Assembly: GCA_040954595.2 (NCBI GenBank)
Contig: CM082580.2
Span: forward strand, 8,658,390-8,722,389
Direction: 5' to 3'
DNA length: 64,000 bases
From: Balanoglossus misakiensis
Taxonomy: Eukaryota > Animalia > Hemichordata
In this document: positions 45,732 to 60,700 of the stretch, piece by piece
How positions within the stretch are numbered: position 1 is the stretch's first letter
How the letters are laid out: each line of letters starts with the position of its first letter
Program-made: the position numbers and the translations under genes
Notes under the pieces: generated by a model
Seen by the model: the letters and a program-made list of their open reading frames with translations, nothing else
Told to the model about the DNA's origin: nothing
Databases searched by the model: none

Positions 45732-48700
45732 CGATACTCAGCTGACTTCAGATGTAAGATTAAAACGATATAGCTATGTATTAGGTGTGACAGTGCCCTT
45801 GAGTTTTGGCCAAAAACAACTTACTGCAGACAGTACAGTGTCTGTGTGAGTGTTTTGATCTCCCCAAAGCACACGCACACACAAGCATGCAGTCATGCAA
45901 AATTGATGCAACTCTGTGTTTGTGTGATTTCTCTTTTGAAAACCACTTACACTCCATTAAAGCCTGCAAAATGGGTGTCGCAAAGAACAAAATCTGAGTG
46001 AATTGGCAAGTTCCTTACAAAGCACTCGGCTTTGACGCGTGATAACGCTCTTTTCAATTCCGTTTCTCTGCCATTAGATTTTACTGTGATCTGTCGACCT
46101 TGCAATCAAATCGAAAAAAAAATCTTTCACGACAGGTAACCCGTTCAATGCATGCACTTTCAAATTGACTTTCCCCACAAACAATGTAATTGATTATTGA
46201 AGCCTGTTGAAAAGGCTGTGTGTACATTAAAAGCTGGCATTAAATGTTCTAAGCTCTTGATTTGAAAATGCCATGAAATCACTGGACTGCAAGTTTTAAA
46301 CTCTATAAATTTGTCGACATCATTTTTCGCTTGAAGTGTACACGCCCAGCACTGATGCTGTTGGTCATATGGCTGCCTGAATACAATTACAGTGTATTGT
46401 ACTTATAATATTCCATTATTAGCCCAACAATGGAGAAAGTACATGTACATGTATGTGAATCTGTCAATATTATTTTCAGACTCTGTCCAGAGTGTCGGCT
46501 AGTTTCCCTATTGTAGTCCGTAAACAAGCGCGTTGAATCTGCTATATTTGATCAGTCAGTTTCAGTAATTAGCTTAACGTCGAAGCAAACTTTCCAATAT
46601 GCTCATCCATGGTCTGATCATCATCTTCACACATTACACAGACTTTTAGAATCTTTTGCCACTCTGAGACAAAAGAAAACACTTTAAAAAGCACAGTCAC
46701 CTCCTCCCCCTTTTCCCTGCATGTTCCCAAATCTGTTATAAAAGCTGTCAATTTCAATGAGGTACACACGAATAATGCAGCGAAAAATCGTGTCCACTCC
46801 AGAAATGTTATAGTAACACAGCATTAATCATTTACTGGACGGCTTGGAAAAAAACCACCACTGCACAAACCACTTCTGAGCGCTGTTAAAGTGAAAGCTT
46901 TCTTCCAAAACACTTAGTGACTTGTAAATGCCGCTGCTAAAACCTGTTCATCGGCGTTTTATTCTGCTAACTTCGACGCCTTTATGAGAAAATCATGGCG
47001 TTTCCAAGCAAACATGATCCAGCAGGAGCTTTCCACCTCCCCATTCAATCTTTTAATAGCGTTCAATGTGTTTTCATTTCTGTTACATGTTCTCGCCGTA
47101 ATGTGTTGCATTCACGTAACCAAAAGCCGATAAGGAGCAACAAGTGGGCAGCCCTATTGAAAGCGGAATATACGGCGATGATCTCAATGCACATGTCACG
47201 CACATCCGGAAATCGGCACACAACACATTTCATGACTCTCATCATAAGGGGATGTGGGTAAGTTAATTAAAACACTTGCATGTGGGAGACCAAATGCTAA
47301 ATATATAATATCATTATCATTATGACCCTGCCGGCCTCATTTCCAGTACTTCAAATGTTGATTGATTTGTTTGTTGAGACAATACTCCTCTGATTTATTT
47401 TGCTGTTTTTTTCAACTTCCCTGAAACACCTGTTCTTGAGTCCTGGCATCATTTTACCTGATTTACGCCACAACCGTTCATGTTGGGCGACCACTGCAGT
47501 GCACGTTTAACGACGTGCGCTATTACTCATCTTAATTCCTATTGTAATGACTTCTTCTTCTCGTACCGAACGGCATTAAAACCAGTCCAATCTACTTCAA
47601 CAAGAGTGCACAGCTACGGAAAGGGAGTGCACATGTAGCTACTTAACTTTACGACAAATGGCCCTTCATTAAAAAAAAAAAAATTGCAGGATTGCAACGC
47701 AGCTAAAGGTTTCAACTTTACATTCAGATCCACATACATTGTCGATGACGTCATTCCTCTGAATAACCCGGCAGTCAGGGACTATCTCCTTATGATTAAT
47801 TTGTCTCTCTGAATTGGAGATTATAAAGAAACTACAGAATCAGCTTTTCTGCTTCATATTCAGTTAGTTTTCTTGAATTTGACTGAATTTTATTATGCTT
47901 TGGTCATCTGTCATCAGTACCAGCTGTTTAATCATAATATTACAATTTTAAAGCAATTTGTAATTTGCGTTTATAGAAAAATTCATATTTAAAATTACCA
48001 GACAAAAACATTTACTGGCATCTATGAATAACCTTTTCTCGTGAACATAAATTTCTTGCTTAATAATTTCACCCTCAAAATAGGCATAAAAGATAACAAA
48101 CAAATTTGACTGAAACCCTAGCTGGCTGTTATGCAGTTTCCTTCTATCCAATCATGAAATCAGGACAGGCAGACGAATGATAAATGACACAGGCTATTTC
48201 TAGATACTTCCGATGATGATATAATCACATCTAAGACACTGATGCGAGTGTATCTCATTTCAGAATGTTCCAATTTTATTTCTGGACATGCAGCGACTGC
48301 CTGAACGATAGATGGGCTTTAATGAATCTGCGTTGAACCGCTCAAGATGGATGGGATTGATGAGTCTGACAGCCTAATCTCTCTCTCGTAATTTTCCCTC
48401 TCTCTCTCTCTGTTTGCTGGCAGTTGGTTAAGAGGGATATGCCTGTCTCTGAGAGTCGGGTAATGACGGTCTGTAATTACCCTTCTCCAGAGCTCGTTTC
48501 GAGTCTGTTCTTTTTCGAGAGGTCGATCGACTCTTGCTTCGCACTTTCAAAACACAACGCAGAAAAAGGTTTGAGTAATCTCTCGAGATAGGACGCGAAA
48601 ATGTAAATCTGATTAGCCTCCATTATGATTGATGAATCGCATCATCAAGAAGCGACGGATCTCTGCGTCCCGGCAACCAATCGCTCGCCTCCGACGCGGG

Positions 48701-51700
48701 AAGAGCAACACGGGGGATTTCAATAGACTGCCATACAAGCGGATCCCGCTTTGTTTATTTTCAAAATACAGCTACTGAGAATTGCGAGACTCGCTTCTAA
48801 ATGAAGAGATCATGCATCCTGATAGATGTTGGGGGGAAAATCAACTGGGAATGCAAATTGGGATTAAGACTTGAGCACAGACGCCTATTGATCCCGAAAT
48901 AGGAAAATCTACCCGTTCGGGCGTTGAAAATGTTAAAGTTGGAAGCAATCAGTCGGCTGTTATACAGTCTTATTTTCATCCACTCAGCGTACGTGGTGAA
49001 ACTCATGATCTGACAGATGATGTAGATGGAGGACGGCGACCTTGCGGTGACCTTGTCTCCTCGGCAAATCATTCATTTCCTGTTGATCTCCCTCTGATTT
49101 CTGATTCTGATCGGCGGCAGAAGAATTCGCGATGAATTCGCTGAATACGCATACAATTATGCCGACATATGCGGCGCATATTGAGCGCTCTTGAATTCAG
49201 AATTTTTGACGGCAGCGTCGCACAACCCCCCTTGATGCCATATGCAAATCGATTCAATGCACCTGAACAATTGCAATTTATGCGATGCACGCGTGTTGTC
49301 CTGCAATAACCACCACCTTTTTTCCAGGTGTCGAAAATTACTCAACAATTCGGGTCCATTCGGGTCAACAGACGCAGGTTCTGAGATTAGCGCGCAGCTG
49401 TTGGCATGGAAACACTGCCGATATGGCGAATGTGTTGTGTTGACAACTGCATCTGTCTCACTCTTAGTTTCTCATAATACCTTCTCTGATTTTTTTTTTG
49501 CTGTCTGTCCATCTCTCTGTGCAGTCTATATCCCATGATCAATTCTCTCTCTTTTTTGTTATGATGTAAAAAGCAGCTTGGCTAAAGTAGAACATTTGTG
49601 AATGCATTCGCTGAAAAAATACAGTACCATATGCGCAGTAAATCTCCATCAATTATTTTTCACAACTCAGAGCTGCAAAAAATGCTCCTGCCTGGAGCTG
49701 TGATCAGCTTTCACGTAACACTGACAAAAACATTCCAGCGAGAATTCCTGCATCAAACTCACAGGCCTTCTCTCTCTAGTTACAAATACGAACTTATGAT
49801 TTTTTTTTCAAAAACTGCCATGACACACGCTGTGTCCAACACGAAAGGGTCACTACTAACAAAGTAAGTCATCTTAGCATTCCATGCAAACCCGAAGAAT
49901 ACCTCATTTTCAAGTCTCACTGAAGCATACGAAGCAAAGAAGAAGAAATCCATTTCAGCCAAAATGAGAACATCGTACAAACACTCTCCCTTTATCCACT
50001 ACATGACAAATATTTGAGCCACTGTGATTTCCATCAGCACGTCTTCAAACCCACTGGTCTGCGAAATTCCCCAAAGAAACCATTGAAATGTTACACTTAT
50101 TCCACAATAATAACAACATCAACATCGGGGCTCGTAACCATAGTAACTCCGACAAGTATGTCTTCTTGAATATTATCCAGGTTCTGTGGCCTTCCCTTCA
50201 CACCCTATTGGTAGATATTTATCTTGTCTCTATGGCTGTGAAAGGACGATCGCATCTTTAGGAGAGTGCTATGACTTTTTAAGTGCTTGTGTGCCATTTT
50301 GGGAGCTGTTTTCAGTATTTAATGGACAAGCTACTGCTCTTGTTAAAAAGCTGCTTGTTTGAGGAGTGTATTTTTGAGAGGGGGGAATAAAGTGACTCAC
50401 TATTTATAAATGTCATCATTCAATGGTTTTGAACACTCTACCAACTAGTATGTATGAACCAGTCCTGTATATAATTATCTAAATAATAAAGAATTCTTCG
50501 GTCACCACAGCAATCGAGCACTGATGTCTCTAATAGGTACTCCAAAATTCTAATACCCAAGGTCTAATGACCCAACTCTGAATTGCGTTTCATTCGTTAA
50601 CGCTGCCATCAGCGGAAACTAACTACGCTACCATGGTGAGCCTCTCAGCTGTACCATGACTTCCTAATCTGACGTTAGTTATTGTTTTACGATTAATTTT
50701 CATGCATAAAAACGACGTTTTTTTTTCACTGTGTCACCCGCGCAATGTCATAATTTCGATTCAAACGTTTTCAATGAGCACGCAGCAGACCACGAAAAGG
50801 GAAACGGTAGGTGAGGGGGTCAACTGCCGGAATAAATGTGAAAATTACTAAATTATACCGCACACCCTTGGGGCATGCTGAGACTCTCAATGGCAACTTC
50901 ACCGAGCAAGGTCGTTATTCTGGCCTTGTGTACACGCGCGTCAGTGTGTATATACATTGTATATGCATGACTTGGATCATGATCCAGGCAGCTGGGGAAA
51001 TAATTGCACTCCAGTCCAATCTATGTAGTCTCGCTCCTCACGGGATGTCCGTACAACGCAACAGACGAATACGATCCAATGCTGCTTTTAATTTTCTACA
51101 CAAGTCAAAATAAATGATGTCTCAATACTCTCCTCTTCCTCTTTTGAGTGTTATCCCATTTCTAGTAAACAGAGGATTGCATTCCGCAATGGTTAATTTC
51201 AAGCGAATGCTGTTAACATCATATCACTCAGCTAGCTTACGAATTCATTTCAATTTCTGATTTGAACAAGCTTGGCCAGATTATGATTACGGCTTCACAG
51301 AGCCAGGAGAGATTCTCGATTCTCGACTACAGACCTCACGAGGGGTCAAGTAATACCCGACTCTCTCTCTCGCAACGATCAATTTACGACAGGAAAAAAT
51401 TAATATACACTAGTTCTGTTGATGGCATCTCGAACATAATTTACACAACATCTACTGTTCACAGAGCGATACTATTTAAAGATGTAAGTGTAACTTTTCC
51501 ATTTTCAATTGGTTTATTTTTAGCATTCATCATAATCTGTATCCGAATGATATCTGCAAATGGTACTGATGCGTGCCAGATGGGATAACCATCTATCAAA
51601 ATGGGAAAAAAACTTCACTTTAAATTAATGTGCAGGATGTAAATCCAATTCATGTAATAAAAGCATACAGAATACTTTTGAGGAGTCTGCCATGAATTTA

Positions 51701-54700
51701 TGACATCATTGAATGACTGCGGTGTACGGTACATGCAGCCGACATCACAATCAGATGTCATATCTTGTCTTCCACCACCGCTGTGAGCTTTTCTCCGCGA
51801 GGTTCGCAGTTTTTAACTCCCAAACAGAGAAAGCAATGTTATTTGATCAAATCCACTTGAAATCTGACACTTTGAACTATTTTTCAGGTATACATCTTAC
51901 TTTTAATAAAACCACCGGGTTGGGCATAAGAGGTATATGCTTACCCAAGCTTTAACAATCCTGATTTGATTAAATTTCAGAAAAGCGTACAAATACTCGC
52001 TGTTCTTGCATATACACCTTTTCCTTTTTTGAAAGAGCTCATTCTTGCTTGAAATCATGATTTCACTAAATAAAGATATGCACCCCATTTCCTCTATACC
52101 CAGTTTTATTACCAAGCGAAATTAACCAGATTTTTTTCTTTTACAATTAGCACGTACGTACTGCACCGTTATGAAACCCACAGACTGAGAATGTCACAGG
52201 CGGCAAGCGTTTACAGAGCCCTGTCAACACCTCACATCGGGATTTCAATTCACAAAAAAAGTTAATATCTTGATGAACACGTTTCAATGCTTTCATTATG
52301 TCCCGGTCCACATGGCTTATTGCCCTGCCAACAGCAATTCCAGTTAACACTGTACGTGTGTAATTAACTGTGTTAGCATTGCTGTGGCTTTCTTTCCTTT
52401 TGACAGAAAAACTACCAAGCCCAACGTGGCATCCACTCGTTTACACCAAGCGGCATTACAAGAGAAAGGAATATGACTGTACCGGTACATATATGTATAA
52501 TCTGGGATCAGGCAAAGAAGCAATACCACAAACCCTGTTAATCAAATCTAAGTGGGTCAATTTCAAGCAAAACAGATGACCAGACACTGTACCATTTCAG
52601 CCATTCAATGATGCATTTTCATTTGTCACTAATAATCTGTACTGTTATTATAAATTCAGAATAAAACTGCTGAAACAAAGTTTATTGTTTGAATAAATTA
52701 TTTTCTCATTTACATTTTGTATAAGTCAGTAACCGCGGAGATGCCACACAGCCATATGTCACAGCCTGCTGATATTTTACACACAGAAAGTTGAATAAGC
52801 TGATAAACGTGCACTCACTGACAGCTGCATCCGAGTCTTGCTTTACCATGACAACGGCTGAGACCCATCGGAAAACCGCCATGTTTACACAAGGCAGGAT
52901 TGCATAAGTCACAACGGCACAAAAAATTGATTTTTGCATCATCGCTCTGCCACACGCAATTTGCAGTGTGAGAGGATATCAGATGTTTTGGTGGAACTGA
53001 AAATCAATGGCTTAAATAGCAAATTGTTCCCATATAGACACCTCATCACGGAAAATCTTTCATGTAATTTTCAATTCATAAAAGTACAGAAAAAATGCCA
53101 TTCACCTTACATAACGAATCAATTTTTCATAACTTTTTAAATTATATGTGCTAATAGTTAAACTTTAATATAATATGAAGGTATTAGAATCAATAAAACC
53201 CATTTTATTTCCCGTTTTGGAACAATTGCGTAGTCACTAAAAATTTTCACACAAGCATAAAAGTTTTCATGACGCATCAAAATAAAAACTATACATATTG
53301 TAGCATTCACGAGACATATGCTCAATTATGCCATCATATGAAAAAGAGATCGTGTCAGAGATGTAAAATATGTCTCATCATTATCACTGCGACCCACAAC
53401 TTGCATTGAAATGGGTTGAACATCTGTGCCATATGATGGTATGTTTATGTTCAATCAAATTAAATGGCCGAGAATCAAAAACTTCCACTTTCACTGTTGC
53501 CTTGACCTCAAACAGGGCCATTATACAAGCGTATGGCAACTGAAAGCAGTCATTTTCTGTTCTATATTCGAAAAATTCAGTCATCGTTCAATACAGTGCC
53601 CTATAAACCAGTTAATACATGTACCGGTACGTGCACATGATCAGGAGGAACGTTATTCGCTAACTATAGTTTTTAGTTCAGCAGTTTCACTGGAAAATGT
53701 CGTTCTCATTTTCATCAGCTTTACATGTATACTCTCTGAAATGCGCCGTTTAATCATCGGCTGTTTGCAGCTCTACTCATGACGACGACCCGCACGGGGG
53801 TCATCATGTGATTAATTCCATGATGTCACTTCCTGTGCTCATCATTAAATTTGTTCCAGGAAAACACTCGTATATCATGACTTACCCCGAGCATCACCAG
53901 CAGAGATAAACCCACAATGACATTATTTAACGTCGGCTTTCCATGACAACCAAGCTCAGGACTAAAACCTCATTTACCGGTACTCTTCAAGAACAAAAGA
54001 TTAATTGATGCGCCAAACTGGTACCCTTTTGTCAAATTTCTAAAATATTGATGTTTTGAACCTTATCAGAATTGATATTCTCCACTGCCCACTCAAAATC
54101 TCGTGTTTACGGTTTTAATGCCACTCACAACAATGGTACAGACAAGCATTGCATATTGAACATGCATTGTAGGTGTACATTTTAGCTAATGGTTCGATAC
54201 CTCGGCTAAGAAATGTGAAGTAAGAATAGATTAAGTCCATCATATTTAGTGGGTTATTTTTTCCATTAAATGGCGATAATCACACTGCCAAGGAAGGGTA
54301 CATGTTCTACTTGAGCTCACAATATTACATGTACATGATGATGTATACATGTATATAGTATACGGCACCTATAGCATATAGGAGCTAAAATAATGGGAAC
54401 TACATGCCACTCCAGGGCTGAAGAGAAGTCAAGAGAAACAAAACCACATCACTGACAACACTGGCAGTGAAGGTCGCGAACCCAATTATGAGGGCACCAA
54501 ACCCAGCGATGGATTGGGCTGTCTGTCTCATTATGGTGCATCACACAGACATTAAACCCCTAAATATAACAGACATATGATACATTCTTGCACTATCTAG
54601 TGATTCTTCACTGAGATACGGGCAACCTCTAAGGACCCACATTTTCGCATGTAATTGGACCATCGCTATATTTAGTGTATGAAAGGACGTTGATAATGAG

Positions 54701-57700
54701 ACGACAGGGAAACGCAAGCCAGTTCCCATTCCCAGAAAGTCTTATTTTAAGACACACAGATACATGCTCGGGGGAAACAAACAGTAAATTTAGGGACAAA
54801 GTTAATGCACCTAATCTAGTAATCATCCAGCTGCATCTCCTTGTGGATTATTGTCACAGCTGTAACTGAGCTACCTTTGAGGATTATTTTAGACATGTAC
54901 ATAAATTTATAAACACACACAAACTTATGGAAAATGCAGCTGCGTAGTTGTTTTACTAAAATCACTAAAATTAGGAATGTGGAATACGAAAACAGACTTT
55001 TTCAAGGAATTCTCTATATTATTTGCTTCAGATGTACATGTAGCCACCTTAAGAACCTTCAAGGTACATGTACATGTACTCTCTGAGATATATTGGAGAC
55101 TCATCTTTCTGTACATTTCAAGATTACCATTACACACGAGTTGCTTGTGAGTCTAAAACTTCAGAAAGCCTTTGAAAAAAAGAGAGAACTTTTTGCCATA
55201 TCCCACAATTACCCTAAAAGCTAATAAAGAGTTGAAATATTAAACATGGAGACACGCATGGCGACATGCTTTTGATGATGCCCCCTTTAAAAGTGCATCC
55301 ATCTAGGTTTTTTTTTGCTATTTTTACGGGTTCTTTTAACGACGTGATAATATCCATCACGTGACTGGACCCTGGTGTAAATGTCTGCCGCAGAGACATA
55401 AAAAGCTGATAAGTAATCTCAGGTACATTTTTCAAGAGTAGTAACAGGGCGATATGCAAAGGTATATGAGGTGAGAATTAAAATGAAAGAGGAATCATCC
55501 ATTTGCTGTTCGATGTCTCCCCGGGAATTTCACAGAGACATTATCAGCTAATTAACATGACAATATAATTAGTTGTTATGGTGATGACATTTTATTGTTT
55601 TCCAAAAATGACAGGGTATCAGCTAATACTCTGGAGAGAACACGGAGCTGAATCCTAAGCTGACCCCGGGAAAAAGCCGGGACCGTGTCATCGATAATGA
55701 CATGTCCACGAAAGGATAAAACTCCTGTCCATTCCTTTTCGGGGGCCGCTTGGATCATCAGCATCCATAAATGCAAATGTGCTTCTTGAGGGCGGATGAA
55801 ACTGTACACTCCACATTTACTGCTGGGATGAAGAGAGCTGCTGGCAATTTCAATTAGCGACCATTGAAGGGCAGACGCAAGACAGCTAGTCCATCTTCGC
55901 AAATCTGTGTCACGAAAACGCTACATCTTTTAAAAAAATCTATGCCGCAAACAATGATATCAGCAGCACGTCTCCTTAAGATCTGTATACCGCATGCAAT
56001 CACACTGCGAGTACATAAACGAAACTCTCCAAATCAATGTCACAGACAACAACACTGTAATTGATGTTCCCAAGAAGTAGGTACATTGTATATAAATGTA
56101 TAACACACATTGTAGGTGATATCAACTCCTGCTTGAAAACTCCATGCATCCCCCTCTAGAGATCGTGTAAGTGTTCATGAAGTTATTTTTAACCATATCT
56201 GTCTTGATACTTTCAGCATGACAGTGCATGATTACTTTTGAGCTAGATCATCATCATATTGATACCAATATCACACCAATGACATATTTCCAGCTGATGT
56301 GTGTACACTTATCAGGGGAGTGGATTATTACAAAAAGCATCAGATTAATATGTAACTCCTTGTCCTGAAATTAATATTTGACAGGGACTTAAATTAACCA
56401 CTTTAACAGTTAATCAATTAATTTTGTTAATGATGTACCGAATTGAATTGTATTCTATACTTACTAGCTATTATTTAGAGCAAAATCCATTTACAAATGA
56501 CATCTCCATTGTCTATGAACCAAATGCAAATCCATCAGACACCTTCATATTTAAGTTTTCATGAATTTCATCCAGACCATCGGAAAGACTGCATTGCCAT
56601 CACACCACGCACAGGGGTTCTTATTTAATCTGGGGTGCGCATAAAAATTCAACAGGCAGCCTTTTGCATTTTAAGACTTGAGTGAATTTTCAACAGGGAA
56701 CAAGTGGATCCCATCCGACTAATGAAGATTTCGCCAAAAGGTCACTTGCGTGGCATTTAAAACCCCAGACTATACAGAAGTAATCTACTCGGTTTTCGCG
56801 AGTAAAAAGGACTCGCCGCCATTCTCCAGATTTTACGGCTCGGGGAAACCATGCTGCTTCTGGACCATTACCGGCAACTCTCCTAATCAAGATATTTTTT
56901 TTCTGGGGGGGAACTCTCTGAATATAACGTGGGTGATGAATAAACTCCATTTCCAAAAGACATGACCTCACCTTCAATAATGTCAAGATCATAGCCTTTT
57001 TTCTTTGGGATTGATGAAAGCTGGAACGCGTACAAGGAAAAAGGAGTACTTAGATGTTCCCCTGTTTTATTACAAACAACATTCTGGTTATATAAAAATG
57101 TTCCACAATTCCCCCCAAAAGGATATTGAATGATATGTAGTGACAACTGAACAATACCGTCCCCCCCCCCTCCCCGCAGCGAAAAATATCAGGACACCCC
57201 CAAGGTTACGCTTCCATTCAATCAAAATATAACAACCATGATATACTTTTATACTTAAAAAAAAACATGCCAGAGACACGGAATATTATTTAAAAAAACT
57301 TGACAGTATTCAAGTAGTCATGTCTGATGCAAATCGAGGGGAGTGAAGTCCCAGCCAACACGGCGATGGATTTCAATGGGTAAGGGTTTTTTTTTTTTGC
57401 TGTAAACACATTTCACCGGCAAAAGACCATCACGAAATTATTCCCGGCAGATGGCAGGCACTCGAATGAAAATATGGATGTACAAATTTGTGAAGTAGTC
57501 GAATAAAGGCAGTTGTCGTACGCTGAACATAAAACTGATCATATTCTAAAGCCATACATGCACACACATGTCAGTAAAGGTGAGTAAGAGAGATTATTAC
57601 TGCTTCATAAAGACCGCTCCTGCATACATACATTCATTCCACTGTCAGTATAAACTTCGCCTTTGGCGAAAAATCCCGGTTACCATAGAAACCATTACTA

Positions 57701-60700
57701 CTCCCAATAAAGTGTAATTACAGAGAATTACTTCCAACTTAAATGTTTCTTCCATATTTTATTCGGTTCCAGTTCACTCGGTTTGGTTCTCGGCCACTGG
57801 CAAAATCCGTTCGATTTGCGCATAAACCTCGCTCCAAACGTCTCTTTTATGACCTCAACAAAATAATTTCTTTTCCACTTCAGCGTGTATGGAATATCTA
57901 CTGCTGAGTATATTTGATGCTTATCTTCAAAACGGAGAAATGACCATCAAATCCCCACATTCAGTCGACTGGCACACAACAGCATGCTTTTTAATTACTT
58001 GCATATGGTGTATCAAAAATGTTTCTCTTTTTCCCCGTTTCTCGTCATATTTCATAACTCTCATATTTTTTATACATTTCAATTCAAACGCAACCGAATT
58101 TCATTTTCATGAGGAGCGGGTTATGCAGTGGCTTGGGGTATGGAGCATTCAACATTGATGCCTGCTCTCTCAAATCTTTAATGACGTATTTAGACAAGAT
58201 TACTTGTGGATGACACAGAAGTTTAGCTCAAGGCAACTTCTCCCTGCAAAGCTGCTTTGCACAAATTTTAATATATCTCCAAAGTAAGAGGTTCTTTTTT
58301 TCACCCATAATCAGTTGTAAATCTTGCCGTCTCTTTATTATTTTAAGAACAGAAACTGACAACAACACACGTTATTTAAACAGTCAAAATATCTGTGACT
58401 GCCTGGCACATTACAGTTTATCTGAAATTACTAAAATAATCAACAGTTAACATTTCAATTATTACAAGAAGCAAAACTTTTTTTAATTTAGCGAAGGAGT
58501 GATCAGAAACAATTTGCTTGATCAATGTATAAATTCACATAATATGGAGTGACACTATTTAATACCATATGTCAGGAGAAATAAGATTAATTTATGGTGT
58601 TGTAATATTATTATGGGGTCGTCAGCTAACCTCGCAGATCATACAAAGGTAACAGCTACATACACAATATTCAGAGACTGTTTCTTTTAATTTTCCACCT
58701 ATTTGAAGAAGGTGAAACAAATTGAAATTTTGCTACGCACATTAAACACAAAGAGCTTCTAGGGTGTAATCAGGCGGCAAATTTACCGCTGTCGTTACAA
58801 CTGTGTGTCGGAAACTCAATTGAATAAAAAAAGATTCTCCTCGAAAAGCTCAATTTGTTCAAAACCAATTTCGATTACTGATTTACAGAACTTCCCTACA
58901 TCAGCAATGGGAGCTCAATTTCTCCATCAAGATATAAATGTTCAAAAACAGAATGTTACATATATTAAGGTAATCACCTGTCCAAATTGTACATTTGACA
59001 ACAGCTGATTACATATTTCTTCTGAAAACACTGTAAAAGTTGAACAGTTTCTGAACTGAAAAAGAAATATGCGAATATCTTTCAAGCAGCTCAAACTGCC
59101 CATACACATTTGCGTATCCTGAGGTGGATTGTTACATTTACCCTTTTAACTGTGTACATGGATGCCCCTGTGAGTAGTGTGAATGTAACAGAATTTGGCG
59201 TTCCTAAACCTCTTGCCTTCTCTGATCCATCAGCATGCAATTCTAAATGTTCGAACTGTACTGACTGTGTCCCTGCATAAAACAGTTACACTCCAGTATA
59301 TACCACACATTTTAATCCGAGAACCAGCTGTCTCATCAATTTGTCAACAAACTACATGTACACATTACCCAATTCATGAGCCGCTAGTGCTGTGTACATG
59401 AACAAAAATAAATCCAAGGTAAAATACCTTGAACTGAAAGTCCTTATATGCCACGGTCAACAGCATTGTTAAATCTGTGTGCTTTCACCCGGCAGCCATC
59501 ATCATCAGTAAGCTGATATGTCGAGTACAATGTTTGCCAAAATGTTCTCTTTCACCTTGGCATTGATTTTCAGTCGTATAAAAATCAGCAACATAAAAAT
59601 GTAATACATAATGAAAGCTTGAAGATCGACAGCGCTGTTTAAGAACACAGAGAAAGATAGCACAAAAACTGAATCTGAATTTTCAGCGACAACAACTGTG
59701 GGGGACGACAAGCAAACTGTCGTCGTCCGCCATTTTTGTCTAGCTTTATCACAGACTTAGTGATGCCTCTTTCAACAGTGCACACCCACACCACACAATT
59801 ACAGTCAATGTCAAATATCTCACAATTTACAATTTTCATACGTTTCAACGCTTCTTTCATTTCGAGTATTAAACTGACAAGTCGTGACGGTTTCCCATAG
59901 CAACTTGGGTTTCCCTTGGATACAAGTACCAACCTCCCTCGCTGCCTAGGTTATGCCTCTTGAAGTGCATCTGGGAAGCGAGGCAACATCTGATCAGCCA
60001 AGAAAGTCAAGGTCCCATCCGTTGGTTTTCATCACCGCCAGCCTTATTATATTCACATATAATTTTTTTAAAGAGACTGCAGTCCACAGTATTCTGTTTC
60101 ACAATGACAGCTGTGCCTAATGAATTCTCCTCCTACCTGACAAACAATTCTGGTATTTTTTATTAAGTGATGGAGATTCTCAATGACGTTATTACATTAA
60201 AATGTCACAAAAATGGACAAATATTATTAAGGATGGGTATAGGGTATCACATATATTACATCTACATGTACCAGTATTCCCAAATTTTCACACACAAAAT
60301 TCACTGTTACTCTGTTCTCATGATTTTGGTCCCATTGGTAGCACATGAATGTATATGAATCAGGGCGACTGTGTGCATACATTTGAACATATCTGGAATG
60401 GAGATCTGCTGAACGCCGTCATACAGGCATCAGTCATTTCACAAACAGAGGCAGGCGATAACCGCATCGACAATCCACATTTATTGCGACGATCGACCGC
60501 AATTTTGCCCAACTGATTCTCATGAATATCAACAGAATTTTACCGCAGTGTAAATAACTCTGGTTAGCTGCGAGTGTACGAGTGTGCCAGGCACAGTGCT
60601 TCACGAACTGCGCCAGAGTCAATACACTGCCTGCACCTCCTGCATTTCATGAGGTTCAGCTGGCACTGCCCGCCACAGACCAACTACCAGGGGGGCAAAT

